IMG/VR virus record: IMGVR_UViG_3300008108_000039
Location: 1 to 64,000 of that record
Source of the DNA: a virus
Direction: 5' to 3' (one strand)
DNA: 64,000 nt
Both the position numbers and the translations under genes were made by a program. The notes beneath the pieces are model-generated. The model worked only from the letters and a program-made list of their open reading frames with translations. It was not told the origin of the DNA and searched no databases. Position 1 is the stretch's first letter; every line of letters begins with the position of its first letter. Shown here piece after piece: positions 33,006 to 43,704 of this stretch.

Positions 33006-33799
33006 TTTAATTTATTATATATTTCTTTGATACCTTGTTCTAATCCAATATAAGATAATGAGTATTTAGAAACATATTCACTCTTATAATCATTACCATT
33101 GTTTCCTAATATAATATCAACTTTATAGTCATCTAATTCATTTATTATATTAGCTATTTCTAATAAAGTATAATTTTTATCATATGAACAATAATCTTCT
33201 ATATGTAATTGATATTTGTTTGTTGTTATATAATGTTTTATTAATGTAATAAAATCCTTCATATAAAAAAAAGTCATTGCTTTATTTTCATAAACCTGTA
33301 AAGATTCTTTATTAATATATCTTTTAATATTAGACTTAATAAATCTAGTATCTAATTCATTCTCATCAAATAACCCAAATATTATTATATTAAAAAAATT
33401 AGGTGTTGATATTACTGAGGTTCTAATTATTGATTTACTAAGGCTATATGGAGTAGAAATAAAGGTAGATGGGGTGTAAGTAAAATGATTAAGTTCAACT
33501 CCTGAACCAAAATTTATAAATTTATCATAATTAGTATGTCTAAATTTATATAAATTAAAGTATATTTTTGTATTAATATCTTTTACTTCCTCACTATCCT
33601 CTTTTAATCGATGACCTCCTACAATGGCACAATGTAATACAACGTCAAAATATTTATTTTTAAAAAATTCTTCCATAGCATTAACATCAATCAAATCAAA
33701 ATCAGCTCTTGTAAGTGCTATTACTTCGTATTTATCTTTTAAAGCATTATACAATGATTTACCTATATAACCATTAGCTCCTGTAATTAATATTTTCAT
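33002..33799 (-). CDS. NAD-dependent epimerase/ketoreductase
   Basis: ITGANGYIG, YSLSK (YxxxK). Confidence 0.88.
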   Translation of the reverse strand: MKILITGANGYIGKSLYNALKDKYEVIALTRADFDLIDVNAMEEFFKNKYFDVVLHCAIVGGHRLKEDSEEVKDINTKIYFNLYKFRHTNYDKFINFGSGVELNHFTYTPSTFISTPYSLSKSIIRTSVISTPNFFNIIIFGLFDENELDTRFIKSNIKRYINKESLQVYENKAMTFFYMKDFITLIKHYITTNKYQLHIEDYCSYDKNYTLLEIANIINELDDYKVDIILGNNGNDYKSEYVSKYSLSYIGLEQGIKEIYNKLK

Positions 33800-34794
33800 T
33801 TTTTAAGTTTTTGAGCTACTTCTAAAATTAAATCTTCTTGACCAGCAACTAATTTTCTATTACCTAATTCAAATATTAGTGATGAATATTCAATACCATA
33901 TAATTTAGACGCTTTAATAATTGGTTTTTCAAAACCCGAAAATAAGCGATTTAAACCAGTTAAAACGTTTACAGGTGTAGATACCGGAGCTTGTGGTACC
34001 AAATATTCCATCACTTTATCCGCTTCTATAATAACTTTTTTGAAATCAATATTAATATCAAAATCCGATTTTTCTAATACTGGAATGAGCATTTCTAAGT
34101 GTGCATTACCAGCTCCGGCTCCAAAACCCCTAATACAAGCATCAATATATTTAGCACCACATTGAGCCGCTATTAATGAATTTGCTGTAGCTAAACCTAA
34201 GTTATCGTGAGCATGAAACCCAAAATCAATATCCAGGATATAACTTAACTCATCCATTCTTTCCTTAACATTAGATGGTAAATAAGTTCCTGTTGAATCC
34301 ATTATAATAACAGCATCAGCACCATATTCCTCCATTGTTTTGGCATTTCTAATTAATGTATCAATATCAGCTAAGGCACTCATCATTAATACACCAAATA
34401 CTTCTTTATCTTTATTTTTTAAATATTCAATGTGAGATTTAGATAAAGTAGCTTCCGTACAATGAGTAGCTACTCTAAATACATCTACTCCAATATTAAT
34501 TGCTTTTTCAATATCTTTCTTTACTGTAGCAATTCCTGGAATGATATGAACTCCTAATTTAGATGTTGTAAGATTTTCTCTAGCAGTCGTTAACATTTCT
34601 TCATCAGTAAGAGGTGATTGTCCTATCAATAATGATGAAGCTCCTAAACCGTTACCATGACCAACTTCAACAATAGGAATACCAGCACTATTAGCAAATT
34701 GACAATATCTCTTAATACTATCTAAAGTAATAGTATGTTTTACAGCATGGTTACCATCTCTTAAAGATGAATCTGTTATTATAATTTCATTCAT
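33796..34794 (-). CDS. dmpG: 4-hydroxy-2-oxovalerate aldolase (DmpG/MhpE-like)
   Basis: DSSLRDGNH, EVGHGNGLG, ATHCTEA, HAHDNLG, VAGQEDLI. Confidence 0.92.
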   Translation of the reverse strand: MNEIIITDSSLRDGNHAVKHTITLDSIKRYCQFANSAGIPIVEVGHGNGLGASSLLIGQSPLTDEEMLTTARENLTTSKLGVHIIPGIATVKKDIEKAINIGVDVFRVATHCTEATLSKSHIEYLKNKDKEVFGVLMMSALADIDTLIRNAKTMEEYGADAVIIMDSTGTYLPSNVKERMDELSYILDIDFGFHAHDNLGLATANSLIAAQCGAKYIDACIRGFGAGAGNAHLEMLIPVLEKSDFDINIDFKKVIIEADKVMEYLVPQAPVSTPVNVLTGLNRLFSGFEKPIIKASKLYGIEYSSLIFELGNRKLVAGQEDLILEVAQKLKK

Positions 34795-35642
34795 TATATT
34801 AATTTTTTAGTCACTTCAATAGCAGCACAATTAATAATATCTAAATTACCTGCATATTCAGGTAAATAATCACCTGATCCTTTTACTTTAATACTAAGTA
34901 CTAATATATCATCATTTAATGTTGGTGGCATTACTAATTCATAGTAAGGAATATATGTTTGTAATTCTTTTATTTTATCGTATATTTTAGGAACTAAATT
35001 AGTAAAATCAACATCTTTAACCTTTAAGAACATTGTTGTTTGCATATCAACACAAGGTTCAGCTGGGTTAAGGTTTAAGATTACTTTGCAATTAGGACAT
35101 TTTGTAAATTGATGAATAGCTCTCTCAGTAGTATGAATATAATTATCAATATTAATTCTAGTAGCCATACCTGCACTTTTAGATGCTATTTGAGATACTA
35201 CTTCAATATACTCTAATCCCTCACAATATTGAGATATTAAATTAAGCATAGGCATTGATGCTTGACCACCACAAGTAATCATATTTACATTTCCTTCATT
35301 TTTAGCTATATCAGCATTAATACTAGGAACACATAAAGGACCTATTTTAGCTGGTGTTAAATCTATTACTATTATTCCTTGTTCTTTAAAAATAACAGCA
35401 TGCTGTTTAGCATCAGCAGCACTTGTGCAATCATAAACTACATCACAACATTTAGGATTATCAATAAAATATTTGATACCCTTATCAGTAACAGGTATTC
35501 CTTTATCTTTAGCAATTCTAATTCCATCAGAATCCATTCTGCGTCCTGCAAATATAACAGGAGTAATAAAGTCTGTCTTTAATATTTTAAGTAATAAATC
35601 AGTTCCTATATTACCAGTACCTATAATTCCTGCTTTAATCAT
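34794..35642 (-). CDS. dmpF: acetaldehyde dehydrogenase (acylating; DmpF/MhpF-like)
   Basis: IIGTGNIGTDL, DLTPA, NVNMITCGGQA, YAGNLDII. Confidence 0.93.
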   Translation of the reverse strand: MIKAGIIGTGNIGTDLLLKILKTDFITPVIFAGRRMDSDGIRIAKDKGIPVTDKGIKYFIDNPKCCDVVYDCTSAADAKQHAVIFKEQGIIVIDLTPAKIGPLCVPSINADIAKNEGNVNMITCGGQASMPMLNLISQYCEGLEYIEVVSQIASKSAGMATRINIDNYIHTTERAIHQFTKCPNCKVILNLNPAEPCVDMQTTMFLKVKDVDFTNLVPKIYDKIKELQTYIPYYELVMPPTLNDDILVLSIKVKGSGDYLPEYAGNLDIINCAAIEVTKKLI

Positions 35643-37432
35643 CTTTTTATTTGTTTAGATTTTTCACTAACTCCAATAATCATTTCTTTTTTTACTATTT
35701 CAAATGGAAGTAATGGAGACATTTCTTCAATAGGAGGAGCAAATATACTACCATCTTCTTTAAGAACTCCTTTTACTTTAGGAATAAAATCCTGTTCTGG
35801 ATCCATAAACACTTCTAATACTGTAGCTTTATTATTATTTATGAATGCATTTACTACAGTATCAAAATCGTCCCATTTCTTTAATCCATAGTAATTATAT
35901 CCAAAGGCAGGCATTAATTTGCTAAAATCAGGTAACCCTACACCTGTTTTTTTATCTACATTTACATAATTTCCTTTAAATAGCATCTTTTGAGTATGCT
36001 TAATCATTAAGTATCCATCATTATTGAATATTACTATTTTTACAGGTAAATTATTCTCTACAATAGTATGTGCTTCTTGTAAATTCATCATCATCCCACC
36101 ATCACAATTTAAACATAGTACAGGTCTATCAGGACATGCTAATGCTGCTCCTAAAGCTCCAGGTAGGCCATATCCCATTTCTCCCAAACCTAATGATGTA
36201 AACATTGTTTGATTAGGTTTTAACTTAATTGCTTGATGGCCACTTAATAAAGCAGTACCCATATCAGTTACTATGATATGGTTGTCTTTTAAATGATCAG
36301 ATAATCTATCTATAAATTTATATGAATTAAGATAACCATTATCATTATGAATATTTTCATCTACCCAAGGATATTTTTGTTTTATTTCGTTACAATAGTT
36401 AACCCATTCTTCTTTGTAGCCCCAAATTCTGTAAGAATTATCTATAAGCTTATTTATAACGTATTTACAATCAGTTTGTATATAATTTACATTATATTTA
36501 TTTCCTTCATTTTTATCAATATCAATAACTATAATCTTAGCGTTTCTAGCAAATTGACTAAAGTCATATCCTACCTGAGGTAAAGCTAATCTACTACCTA
36601 ACACAATTATTAAATCAGCATTTTGTACTATAAAATTAGCTGCTCGTTGTCCATATAATCCAAAACGACCAAAAAAATTAGGATTATCATTATCTAATAA
36701 ATCAATACCTGACCAGGTTAATAGTGTGGGTATTCTTAATATTGAATTAAGTTGTTTAAATTTATCTTTTGCTCCAGATAATTTAACACCGTGCCCTCCA
36801 ATTACAACAGGACGTTTAGAAAAATTAATAGATTCAATAATTTCATCAACACTAAGTTGACTACCCGAAACATTTAAAAAAAGCGGATAATCAGGCCATA
36901 CTTTCTCTTCAACCATTTTAGCTTGTAAATTCATTGGTACATCTAACCAACAAGGACCTGGTCTTCCCATAGTTGAAGAGTCATATAATATTTCTAAAAT
37001 TGCTTGAATATCATATTCATCATTAAAAGCTATAGCACATTTAGTAACATCTTCTACCATTTTAGTTATGTTTAGACCCTGTGTGCCATACATTCTAAGA
37101 TGTTCTTGAGTACTTACATAATTATAATTTTCTTGTCCTGAAATAATTAACCCAGGAATTGAATCAGCCCAATTACTAACAACACCAGTCACAGCATTGG
37201 TTGCTCCTCCTCCTGCTGTTACTAATGCTACAGATAATTTACCTGATGCTCTGTAATAAGCTCCCATTGCTAATACAGCAGCCTGTTCATTATGAACATT
37301 AATAATTTTAGTATAACCTAATTTATTAATTGAATCAAATATATGTGAGTTAGCAGATCCTATAATACCAAATGCAGTATTAATTTCTTTTCTTTTTAAA
37401 AACTCTGCTATTACATCACTTACTTTTACCAT
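35639..37432 (-). CDS. ThDP-dependent enzyme (acetolactate synthase-like / YerE-like sugar-branching enzyme)
   Basis: HNEQAA, GRPGP, GEMGYGLPGA, CDGG..MNLQE..NNDGY. Confidence 0.88.
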   Translation of the reverse strand: MVKVSDVIAEFLKRKEINTAFGIIGSANSHIFDSINKLGYTKIINVHNEQAAVLAMGAYYRASGKLSVALVTAGGGATNAVTGVVSNWADSIPGLIISGQENYNYVSTQEHLRMYGTQGLNITKMVEDVTKCAIAFNDEYDIQAILEILYDSSTMGRPGPCWLDVPMNLQAKMVEEKVWPDYPLFLNVSGSQLSVDEIIESINFSKRPVVIGGHGVKLSGAKDKFKQLNSILRIPTLLTWSGIDLLDNDNPNFFGRFGLYGQRAANFIVQNADLIIVLGSRLALPQVGYDFSQFARNAKIIVIDIDKNEGNKYNVNYIQTDCKYVINKLIDNSYRIWGYKEEWVNYCNEIKQKYPWVDENIHNDNGYLNSYKFIDRLSDHLKDNHIIVTDMGTALLSGHQAIKLKPNQTMFTSLGLGEMGYGLPGALGAALACPDRPVLCLNCDGGMMMNLQEAHTIVENNLPVKIVIFNNDGYLMIKHTQKMLFKGNYVNVDKKTGVGLPDFSKLMPAFGYNYYGLKKWDDFDTVVNAFINNNKATVLEVFMDPEQDFIPKVKGVLKEDGSIFAPPIEEMSPLLPFEIVKKEMIIGVSEKSKQIKR

Positions 37433-38409
37433 ATAAAGTTTTTCTTATAATATTCTACTATTTTAGGGAGTTCTTCATTAAATATTCTTTTAGGTTTCCA
37501 ACCAAACGCTCTTAATTTAGAATCATCTAAAGAATATCTAACATCTTGTCCTGCTCTAGAATAAGTTAAATCTAAATACGAGTTAAACATTGGTAATTTA
37601 GGTTTACCTCCTTCATATTCAAAAATTACTTTCGCTACCGTATCATAGTTTGATTGTTCAAACCCACCAGCTATATTAAATATTTCATTTGATAATCCAA
37701 ATTCAATAATAGTAGTTATAGCATCTGCTGTATCAGCAGCGTGTAACCAATTACGAACTGGGGTTCCATTATTATGTAAAGGTATTTTTCTTCCTAATTT
37801 TAAATGCTGTACTGCTTTAGGGATTAGTTTTTCAACATATTGACCTATACCATAATTGTTAGTTGGTCTAACTATAATATAAGGTATATCATATGTTCTA
37901 GCCCACGATAATATTAATAAATCAGCTGCAGCTTTAGTTGCTGCATATGGATTTGATGGTTTTAAAATATCTTTTTCTGTATGTGAACCTTCACTTATAT
38001 CACCATATACTTCATCAGTACTAAATTGAATTAATGTTGGTGTTCTAGAACTTTCTTGTCTATAATTTCTAATTAATTCAAGTAAGTGATGTACTCCATC
38101 TATATTTGAATGAATAAAAGTTTCGCTATTAGTTATTGAATTTCCAACATGAGTTTCAGCTGCCGTATTAATGATGTAATCACAATCATGTAAAAATTCT
38201 ATATCATTAATATCTTTTTGTTCAAATCTAAAATTTGAATGTCTACTAAATTCATTTAGTAAAGAAGGAAATACAGCGTTATAATCCATAGAAGCGTATG
38301 TTATTTTATCTATTCCTCTAACATACCATCCTTTTTTAAGACAAGCTCTGGTAACATAAGAACCTATAAATCCTAAACATCCAGTTACGTATACTACTTT
38401 TGTACTCAT
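37426..38409 (-). CDS. rfbB: NDP-glucose 4,6-dehydratase
   Basis: TGCLGFIGS, AAETHV, STDEVYG, PYAATKA, NNYG. Confidence 0.88.
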   Translation of the reverse strand: MSTKVVYVTGCLGFIGSYVTRACLKKGWYVRGIDKITYASMDYNAVFPSLLNEFSRHSNFRFEQKDINDIEFLHDCDYIINTAAETHVGNSITNSETFIHSNIDGVHHLLELIRNYRQESSRTPTLIQFSTDEVYGDISEGSHTEKDILKPSNPYAATKAAADLLILSWARTYDIPYIIVRPTNNYGIGQYVEKLIPKAVQHLKLGRKIPLHNNGTPVRNWLHAADTADAITTIIEFGLSNEIFNIAGGFEQSNYDTVAKVIFEYEGGKPKLPMFNSYLDLTYSRAGQDVRYSLDDSKLRAFGWKPKRIFNEELPKIVEYYKKNFIW

Positions 38410-39239
38410 TTAAAATAATTTTGACAGTGTTTTATAAATTTAAAAACATTTTTGTGCATCTCCAACTTTATTTTTTCAATTTCATCAAACATCATAGGTA
38501 AAGTTTCTAACGCTCTAGGAATATCTTCTTCACCATACGCAATACCATATTTATATAATTGTGAACCATTTAGCCATTCGTCTTTTGTTTTATTTCCATC
38601 TGGTATTACTATGCTAATACAACCGCACATAGCCGCTTGAGTAAATATAAATGTATAATTGTCATAGCAATAAAATCTTTCAGTTCTATTAAATAAATTA
38701 GCTAATCCTGTTAAATCTCCTGCTGCTTCAAATGGAATAAAAAATGAATCTGTTGGATGAATTAATGTTGTTGGTTTAGCTTTTCGGATTGTGTAACAAC
38801 TACCTTTACGTTCATAATTCATATTTGTAAATATATCACTATGAAATTCTAAAATAAATAGTTGGTTATCTTTTTGTCCTAAATAATCATTATAATAATA
38901 ATCCATATACCAATACACTAAATCTGACTTAGAATAGGTTTCAGCTGCTTGTTGATCAAACGGACCTAATATCCATCTAACCACATTTTTAGCATTTAAA
39001 GGATTACCTTGTATTCCTTCAGGATATATTACTACAGTATTATCTAAATCATTAAGTATCTCCTGAGTAATTAAGGGTGTGTTATAATCAGAGCAAGTAT
39101 AAAAATCATCTTTAATATGAATAGGCATTAAATAAGCCTCAGAACCATTAGAATTAAGCATATCACATAACTTATGCATTACTTTAATCCCACCTACCCC
39201 AGGACTATAATCATATGTGTATATAACAAATTTTTTCAT
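38406..39239 (-). CDS. glycosyltransferase-like protein (WavQ-like)
   Basis: GGIKVMHKLC, VIYPE..GNPLNAKNVVRW, AAMCGC. Confidence 0.6.
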   Translation of the reverse strand: MKKFVIYTYDYSPGVGGIKVMHKLCDMLNSNGSEAYLMPIHIKDDFYTCSDYNTPLITQEILNDLDNTVVIYPEGIQGNPLNAKNVVRWILGPFDQQAAETYSKSDLVYWYMDYYYNDYLGQKDNQLFILEFHSDIFTNMNYERKGSCYTIRKAKPTTLIHPTDSFFIPFEAAGDLTGLANLFNRTERFYCYDNYTFIFTQAAMCGCISIVIPDGNKTKDEWLNGSQLYKYGIAYGEEDIPRALETLPMMFDEIEKIKLEMHKNVFKFIKHCQNYFK

Positions 39240-39973
39240 TGCGGGTAGGATAAATTTTCATTTTGAAACCAATATACGTTTTTAGAATACTGTTCTTCTC
39301 CCATACAATGGTTAGCATCAGGAGTGTAAGGTAATTCTATTATTCTTGGTTTATCCATAGCATGAGCTATCACTGCTGGAGCTGATAAATTAGCTATCAC
39401 TAAACTTGCTGAATTGATAGCTGTAAACCATTCATCCAATGTTATTACTTTATAAAATTTAATTCTATTGTTATAAGGAAATTCATTATAATCATTTATA
39501 TTAGATGATATAAATAATATATTTTCATCTCCATATTCATCTAAAACACGATCATAAGGAAATGAAGGATTTCTCATTACATTTGCTTTGCGTTGGATTA
39601 ATACTTTTCCTTCTAAATCCGGATTTATTTTACCCCAATTAATCCATTTATATTCTTCATTGATAGGAAAATCAAAAGTTTTACTATATAATTCAGACCA
39701 ACAAGTTTTATATAACCAAGGTGAATTAATATATTGACCTAAATCAATACTTCCTTCTTTTGGACCATCTGATATTAACAATTCATTAATATAACTTTGC
39801 TGCTCTAATATAGGTTTTAATTCAGCATGAGTATTTTGAATACCAAATTCCCAACCAATATCATACATATAAACATTGGCTTTAGTTCCATTATGTTGAC
39901 ATATATGTTTTACAGCAAATAAAGAATGAAGAAAATCTCCTAATCTCCCTCCCATTGAAAAACTACTTACCAT
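39236..39973 (-). CDS. GT-B (GT9-like) glycosyltransferase-like protein
   Basis: GRLGD, IANLSAPAVIAHAMDKP. Confidence 0.55.
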   Translation of the reverse strand: MVSSFSMGGRLGDFLHSLFAVKHICQHNGTKANVYMYDIGWEFGIQNTHAELKPILEQQSYINELLISDGPKEGSIDLGQYINSPWLYKTCWSELYSKTFDFPINEEYKWINWGKINPDLEGKVLIQRKANVMRNPSFPYDRVLDEYGDENILFISSNINDYNEFPYNNRIKFYKVITLDEWFTAINSASLVIANLSAPAVIAHAMDKPRIIELPYTPDANHCMGEEQYSKNVYWFQNENLSYPQ

Positions 39974-40214
39974 ACATTTTGGTTGAACCCTGTTTATATA
40001 ATTTTTGTAATTTACCTGTTTCTATCATTTCGTTTAATTTCTCATCTATTTCCTGAATTAAATCAGTGCGATAAGAATTAGCTACATTAGTAATACGTGT
40101 TGCATTTGCAATTTGTGTGTCTGTAGCATCTTTATTTCTTTTAATATCCTCAGCCATCCAAATGCGAATGTTAGTAATGGTGAGTTTATCAATCAAATTT
40201 CCAATTGTATCCAT
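39963..40214 (-). CDS. DUF4254-like helical protein
   Basis: TIGNLIDKL..NIRIW..ED..N..RTDLIQEID. Confidence 0.6.
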   Translation of the reverse strand: MDTIGNLIDKLTITNIRIWMAEDIKRNKDATDTQIANATRITNVANSYRTDLIQEIDEKLNEMIETGKLQKLYKQGSTKMYGK

Positions 40215-40215
40215 A

Positions 40216-41427
40216 TTAACCTATTATTTCAAATTTAGGACAAGGTACTATAAATTTACCTCCCCCATTTAAATATTTTTTTTCTCTTTGAACAAATTCA
40301 TTTATAAAATGCCAAGGTAATACCAACATGTAATCTGGTTTCATTTCTCTAACTGCTTCTTCTGATAATATTGGAATATTAGTTCCAATTGTTTTTAACC
40401 CATATTTGTAAGGAGAACGTTCTGCAATAGCATCAATTAAAGTGTGATCTAAACCAAACCATTGTAATAATGTATTTCCCTTAGTTGAAGCTCCATAACC
40501 ACAAATCTTTTTACCTTTTGCTTTTTCTTCTTTAATAAAATTTACAGTTTGTTCTTTTAACGCTTCAATATTCTTCATAAATTGTTCCCATACCTCAGGA
40601 TTACTAATGTTATAATGAGAATTTTCATATTCAAGTAATGATTGTATTCTAAAATTACAAACATCCCTCAAAGGACCTGTACCAAATGAATTTATATTAG
40701 CTTTATTTTTTTGAACATATACTCTAAAACTACCCCCATTAACATCATTTAAGCTACAATCTACAATTTTTAAATCATGTTTAGCAAATAGTTTTTTAAG
40801 TGAATTTAATGAATAATAATAAGCATGTTCATGACAAATATTATCAAATGCTAACTGTTGCAACATTAATGGGGTATAAGATAATTGTAATACCCAAACA
40901 CCATTATCATCTAATACCTTATTAATATCTTCAACAAATGAGTGGGGATTTATCAAATCGTAAAACATAGCAATTGTAGTAATTACTTTTGCTTTTTTAG
41001 TAGATGCAAAAAGATATGCTCTATGACTAAAATAATCTTGAACAATCATATTAGCCACCTTAGATGATTCAGCTACAAAAGTATCATCAGCTGGGTCTAT
41101 TCCTATTTTATAATATGTATTAGGTACTTGTTTAAGTAAAGTACCATCATTACAAGCAATATCTAACCAAATATCTCCTGTTTGATGTTTTACTCTTGAT
41201 ATAATTTCCCCAACAACATTACTTAATTCTCTAATCATAGTAGTATTAATACCACTTCTATACCAATACTTTCCCCACATAGTATTAGATGGAGCTACTT
41301 CAATTAAACGAGCAGCACCTATACTTTCATCTATTTCTAGATCTAGTCTATATTTTTCTTTACCAATATAATCTTTATCTGATTTTATAAAGTCAGATAC
41401 ATAATGTTTACCTAAGTTTACTATCAT
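40216..41427 (-). CDS. NDP-hexose C-methyltransferase
   Basis: DIACNDGTLL, HEH, GGS, YGASTKGNTLL, LPWHF. Confidence 0.88.
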   Translation of the reverse strand: MIVNLGKHYVSDFIKSDKDYIGKEKYRLDLEIDESIGAARLIEVAPSNTMWGKYWYRSGINTTMIRELSNVVGEIISRVKHQTGDIWLDIACNDGTLLKQVPNTYYKIGIDPADDTFVAESSKVANMIVQDYFSHRAYLFASTKKAKVITTIAMFYDLINPHSFVEDINKVLDDNGVWVLQLSYTPLMLQQLAFDNICHEHAYYYSLNSLKKLFAKHDLKIVDCSLNDVNGGSFRVYVQKNKANINSFGTGPLRDVCNFRIQSLLEYENSHYNISNPEVWEQFMKNIEALKEQTVNFIKEEKAKGKKICGYGASTKGNTLLQWFGLDHTLIDAIAERSPYKYGLKTIGTNIPILSEEAVREMKPDYMLVLPWHFINEFVQREKKYLNGGGKFIVPCPKFEIIG

Positions 41428-42395
41428 TGTTGTAATAATTTTATATCGTTTTTAACCATTTTTGAAATCATTTCACTAAATGATGTTTTAGGTTCCCATC
41501 CTAATTTTTGTTTTGCTTTAGAAGCATCTCCTTTTAAAACATCTACTTCTGCAGGTCTAAAAAATTTTTCATCTTTAATTACATACTTAGACCAATCATC
41601 AATTCCTATAGTTTTAAATGATTCATTTAATAAATCTCTAATACTATGAGTTACACCTGTCGCTAAAACATAATCATCAGGTTCATCTTGTTGTAACATT
41701 AGCCACATTCCTTCTACATAATCAGGAGCATATCCCCAATCTCTAATAGCTTCTAAATTACCTAATGCTAGGTTTTCAGACATACCTAAATAAATTTTAG
41801 CTACACCGTAAGTTACTTTTCTTGTAACAAATTGCTTACCACGTCTTTCAGATTCATGATTAAATAAAATACCACTACAGTTATACATTCCGTAAGACTC
41901 TCTATAATTTTTACAAATCCAATGACCATATAATTTAGCTACACCATATGGAGAACGAGGATAAAATGGAGTAGTTTCTTTAGCTGGATTTTCAACCATT
42001 TTTCCAAACATTTCAGATGATGATGCTTGATAAAATCTAATGTTTGATTTTTTATATTCTCGAATAGCTTCAAGCATCCTTAAAACACCTACACCAGTTG
42101 TATTAGCTATTACTTCAGGAGTACCCCAACTATCTTCCACAAGTGATTGTGAAGCTAAATTATATATTTCGTCAGGATCTGATTCTTTAATACATCTAAC
42201 TAATGAATTTTGATCAGCTAAATCCCCCTTAAGAATATTTACTTTACCTATTAAATGAGCAGTATTCGTTCTATCTTCATTTGCTTTACGTCTTTCCATT
42301 CCAAATACTTCATACCCTTTAGATAACAAAAAATCACATAGATGACTACCATCCATCCCATTGAAACCAGTTACTAATGCCCTTTTTTTACTCAT
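41424..42395 (-). CDS. gmd: GDP-mannose 4,6-dehydratase
   Basis: TG..GMDGS, YQASSSEMFG, PRSPYGVAK, LFNHES, RDWG. Confidence 0.93.
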   Translation of the reverse strand: MSKKRALVTGFNGMDGSHLCDFLLSKGYEVFGMERRKANEDRTNTAHLIGKVNILKGDLADQNSLVRCIKESDPDEIYNLASQSLVEDSWGTPEVIANTTGVGVLRMLEAIREYKKSNIRFYQASSSEMFGKMVENPAKETTPFYPRSPYGVAKLYGHWICKNYRESYGMYNCSGILFNHESERRGKQFVTRKVTYGVAKIYLGMSENLALGNLEAIRDWGYAPDYVEGMWLMLQQDEPDDYVLATGVTHSIRDLLNESFKTIGIDDWSKYVIKDEKFFRPAEVDVLKGDASKAKQKLGWEPKTSFSEMISKMVKNDIKLLQQ

Positions 42396-43704
42396 ATTGT
42401 TTTATAAATTTATCTAAAATGGTTTCTATATAATCTGTTTTTTCCTTATTAATTACAGGTGATGTTCCTAAAAAGAATGTATCTGTAGTTACTTTCCTAG
42501 CTACAGGATATAATTCAATTATATCTTTAGGGTTAGCTAAATGTGTATAAGCAGGTTGTAACATAATATTACCTGCAAAATAAGGTCGTGTTTGTATTTT
42601 ATTTGCTTCAAAAAACTTACAAATATCAGAACGTTTAAATGGAGCATCATCTTTAACAGTTACTGGGAACGCAAACCAATCAACATCTGCTCCAGGTTGT
42701 GCTTTATGTAAATGAAAATATTGTTCATATCTGCTAAAAGCTGTAAATAAGTTTTTATAATTTTCTCTACGCTTAATACCTATTTCTTCTAATTTTCCCA
42801 TTTGAACTAAGCCAATAGATGCTTGTAATTCAATTGGTTTTAGATTATACCCTATTTCTTCATAAACGTATTTGTGATCAAATATATCATTGGGTAATGC
42901 GGGAAGCCAATTATTAAAGCGACAATCACAAGTTCCATTTTCAAGTAAATTTTGTTTACCTACACAATAACATCCTCTACCCCATTCTCTAAAACTACGA
43001 ACAATACGTTCTGTTTCTATATCATTCATAGCTACAAATCCACCTTCACCCATTGTGATATGATGAGCTGGATAAAATGAACAACTAGCCATTTTACCAA
43101 ATGATCCTAGTGGTTTACTATCAAATGTAGTTCCTAGAGCATCACAACAATCTTCTAATAGAATTAAATTATATTTTTTAATTATTCCCATTAAACGATG
43201 CATATTAGGTGGATTTCCTAATACATGAGCAAAAGTAATAATTTTTGCATCTGGGTTGTTACGGCATGCTTGTTCTACTTGGTCTAAATCTAAATTTAAT
43301 GTTTCTAATTCAATATCAACAAATATAGGAGTAAATCCTACTTGTAATATAGGATTAATTGTAGTTGGAAAACCAGCTATGGGAGTAATTACTTTAGTAC
43401 CTTTAGGTAAATTTAAACCACGTTTAGAAGTTAAAGCTAACATCATTAATAAATTAGCACTTGAACCACTATTTGTTAATATACCATATTCTTTACCAAA
43501 CAATTTAGGAAATTTACGTTCAAATTTAATTGCTTCTGCTCCTAATACTAACCATTCACCTAACAATGTTTTAACAGCTGCTACGTATTCAGCTGAAGAA
43601 AAATAAGGTCCAGCATATTGAACCCAATCCTTACCAGCTTCCCATGTTTTATCAGCATGTTTTTTGCTAATATATTCTTCTACCAATTTTAGAATATCTT
43701 GCAT
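42388..43704 (-). CDS. rfbH: CDP-4-keto-6-deoxyglucose 3-dehydrase (E1, RfbH/DdhC)
   Basis: NSGSSANL, EDCCDALG, SFYPAHHITMGEGG (His in place of Lys), WGRGCYC, FDHKY. Confidence 0.92.
   Translation of the reverse strand: MQDILKLVEEYISKKHADKTWEAGKDWVQYAGPYFSSAEYVAAVKTLLGEWLVLGAEAIKFERKFPKLFGKEYGILTNSGSSANLLMMLALTSKRGLNLPKGTKVITPIAGFPTTINPILQVGFTPIFVDIELETLNLDLDQVEQACRNNPDAKIITFAHVLGNPPNMHRLMGIIKKYNLILLEDCCDALGTTFDSKPLGSFGKMASCSFYPAHHITMGEGGFVAMNDIETERIVRSFREWGRGCYCVGKQNLLENGTCDCRFNNWLPALPNDIFDHKYVYEEIGYNLKPIELQASIGLVQMGKLEEIGIKRRENYKNLFTAFSRYEQYFHLHKAQPGADVDWFAFPVTVKDDAPFKRSDICKFFEANKIQTRPYFAGNIMLQPAYTHLANPKDIIELYPVARKVTTDTFFLGTSPVINKEKTDYIETILDKFIKQYE

Noticed and set aside
33796-35642. Aromatic-degradation (meta-cleavage) auxiliary genes
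   Set aside because: No ring-cleavage or hydratase genes; the pair is embedded in a nucleotide-sugar operon.
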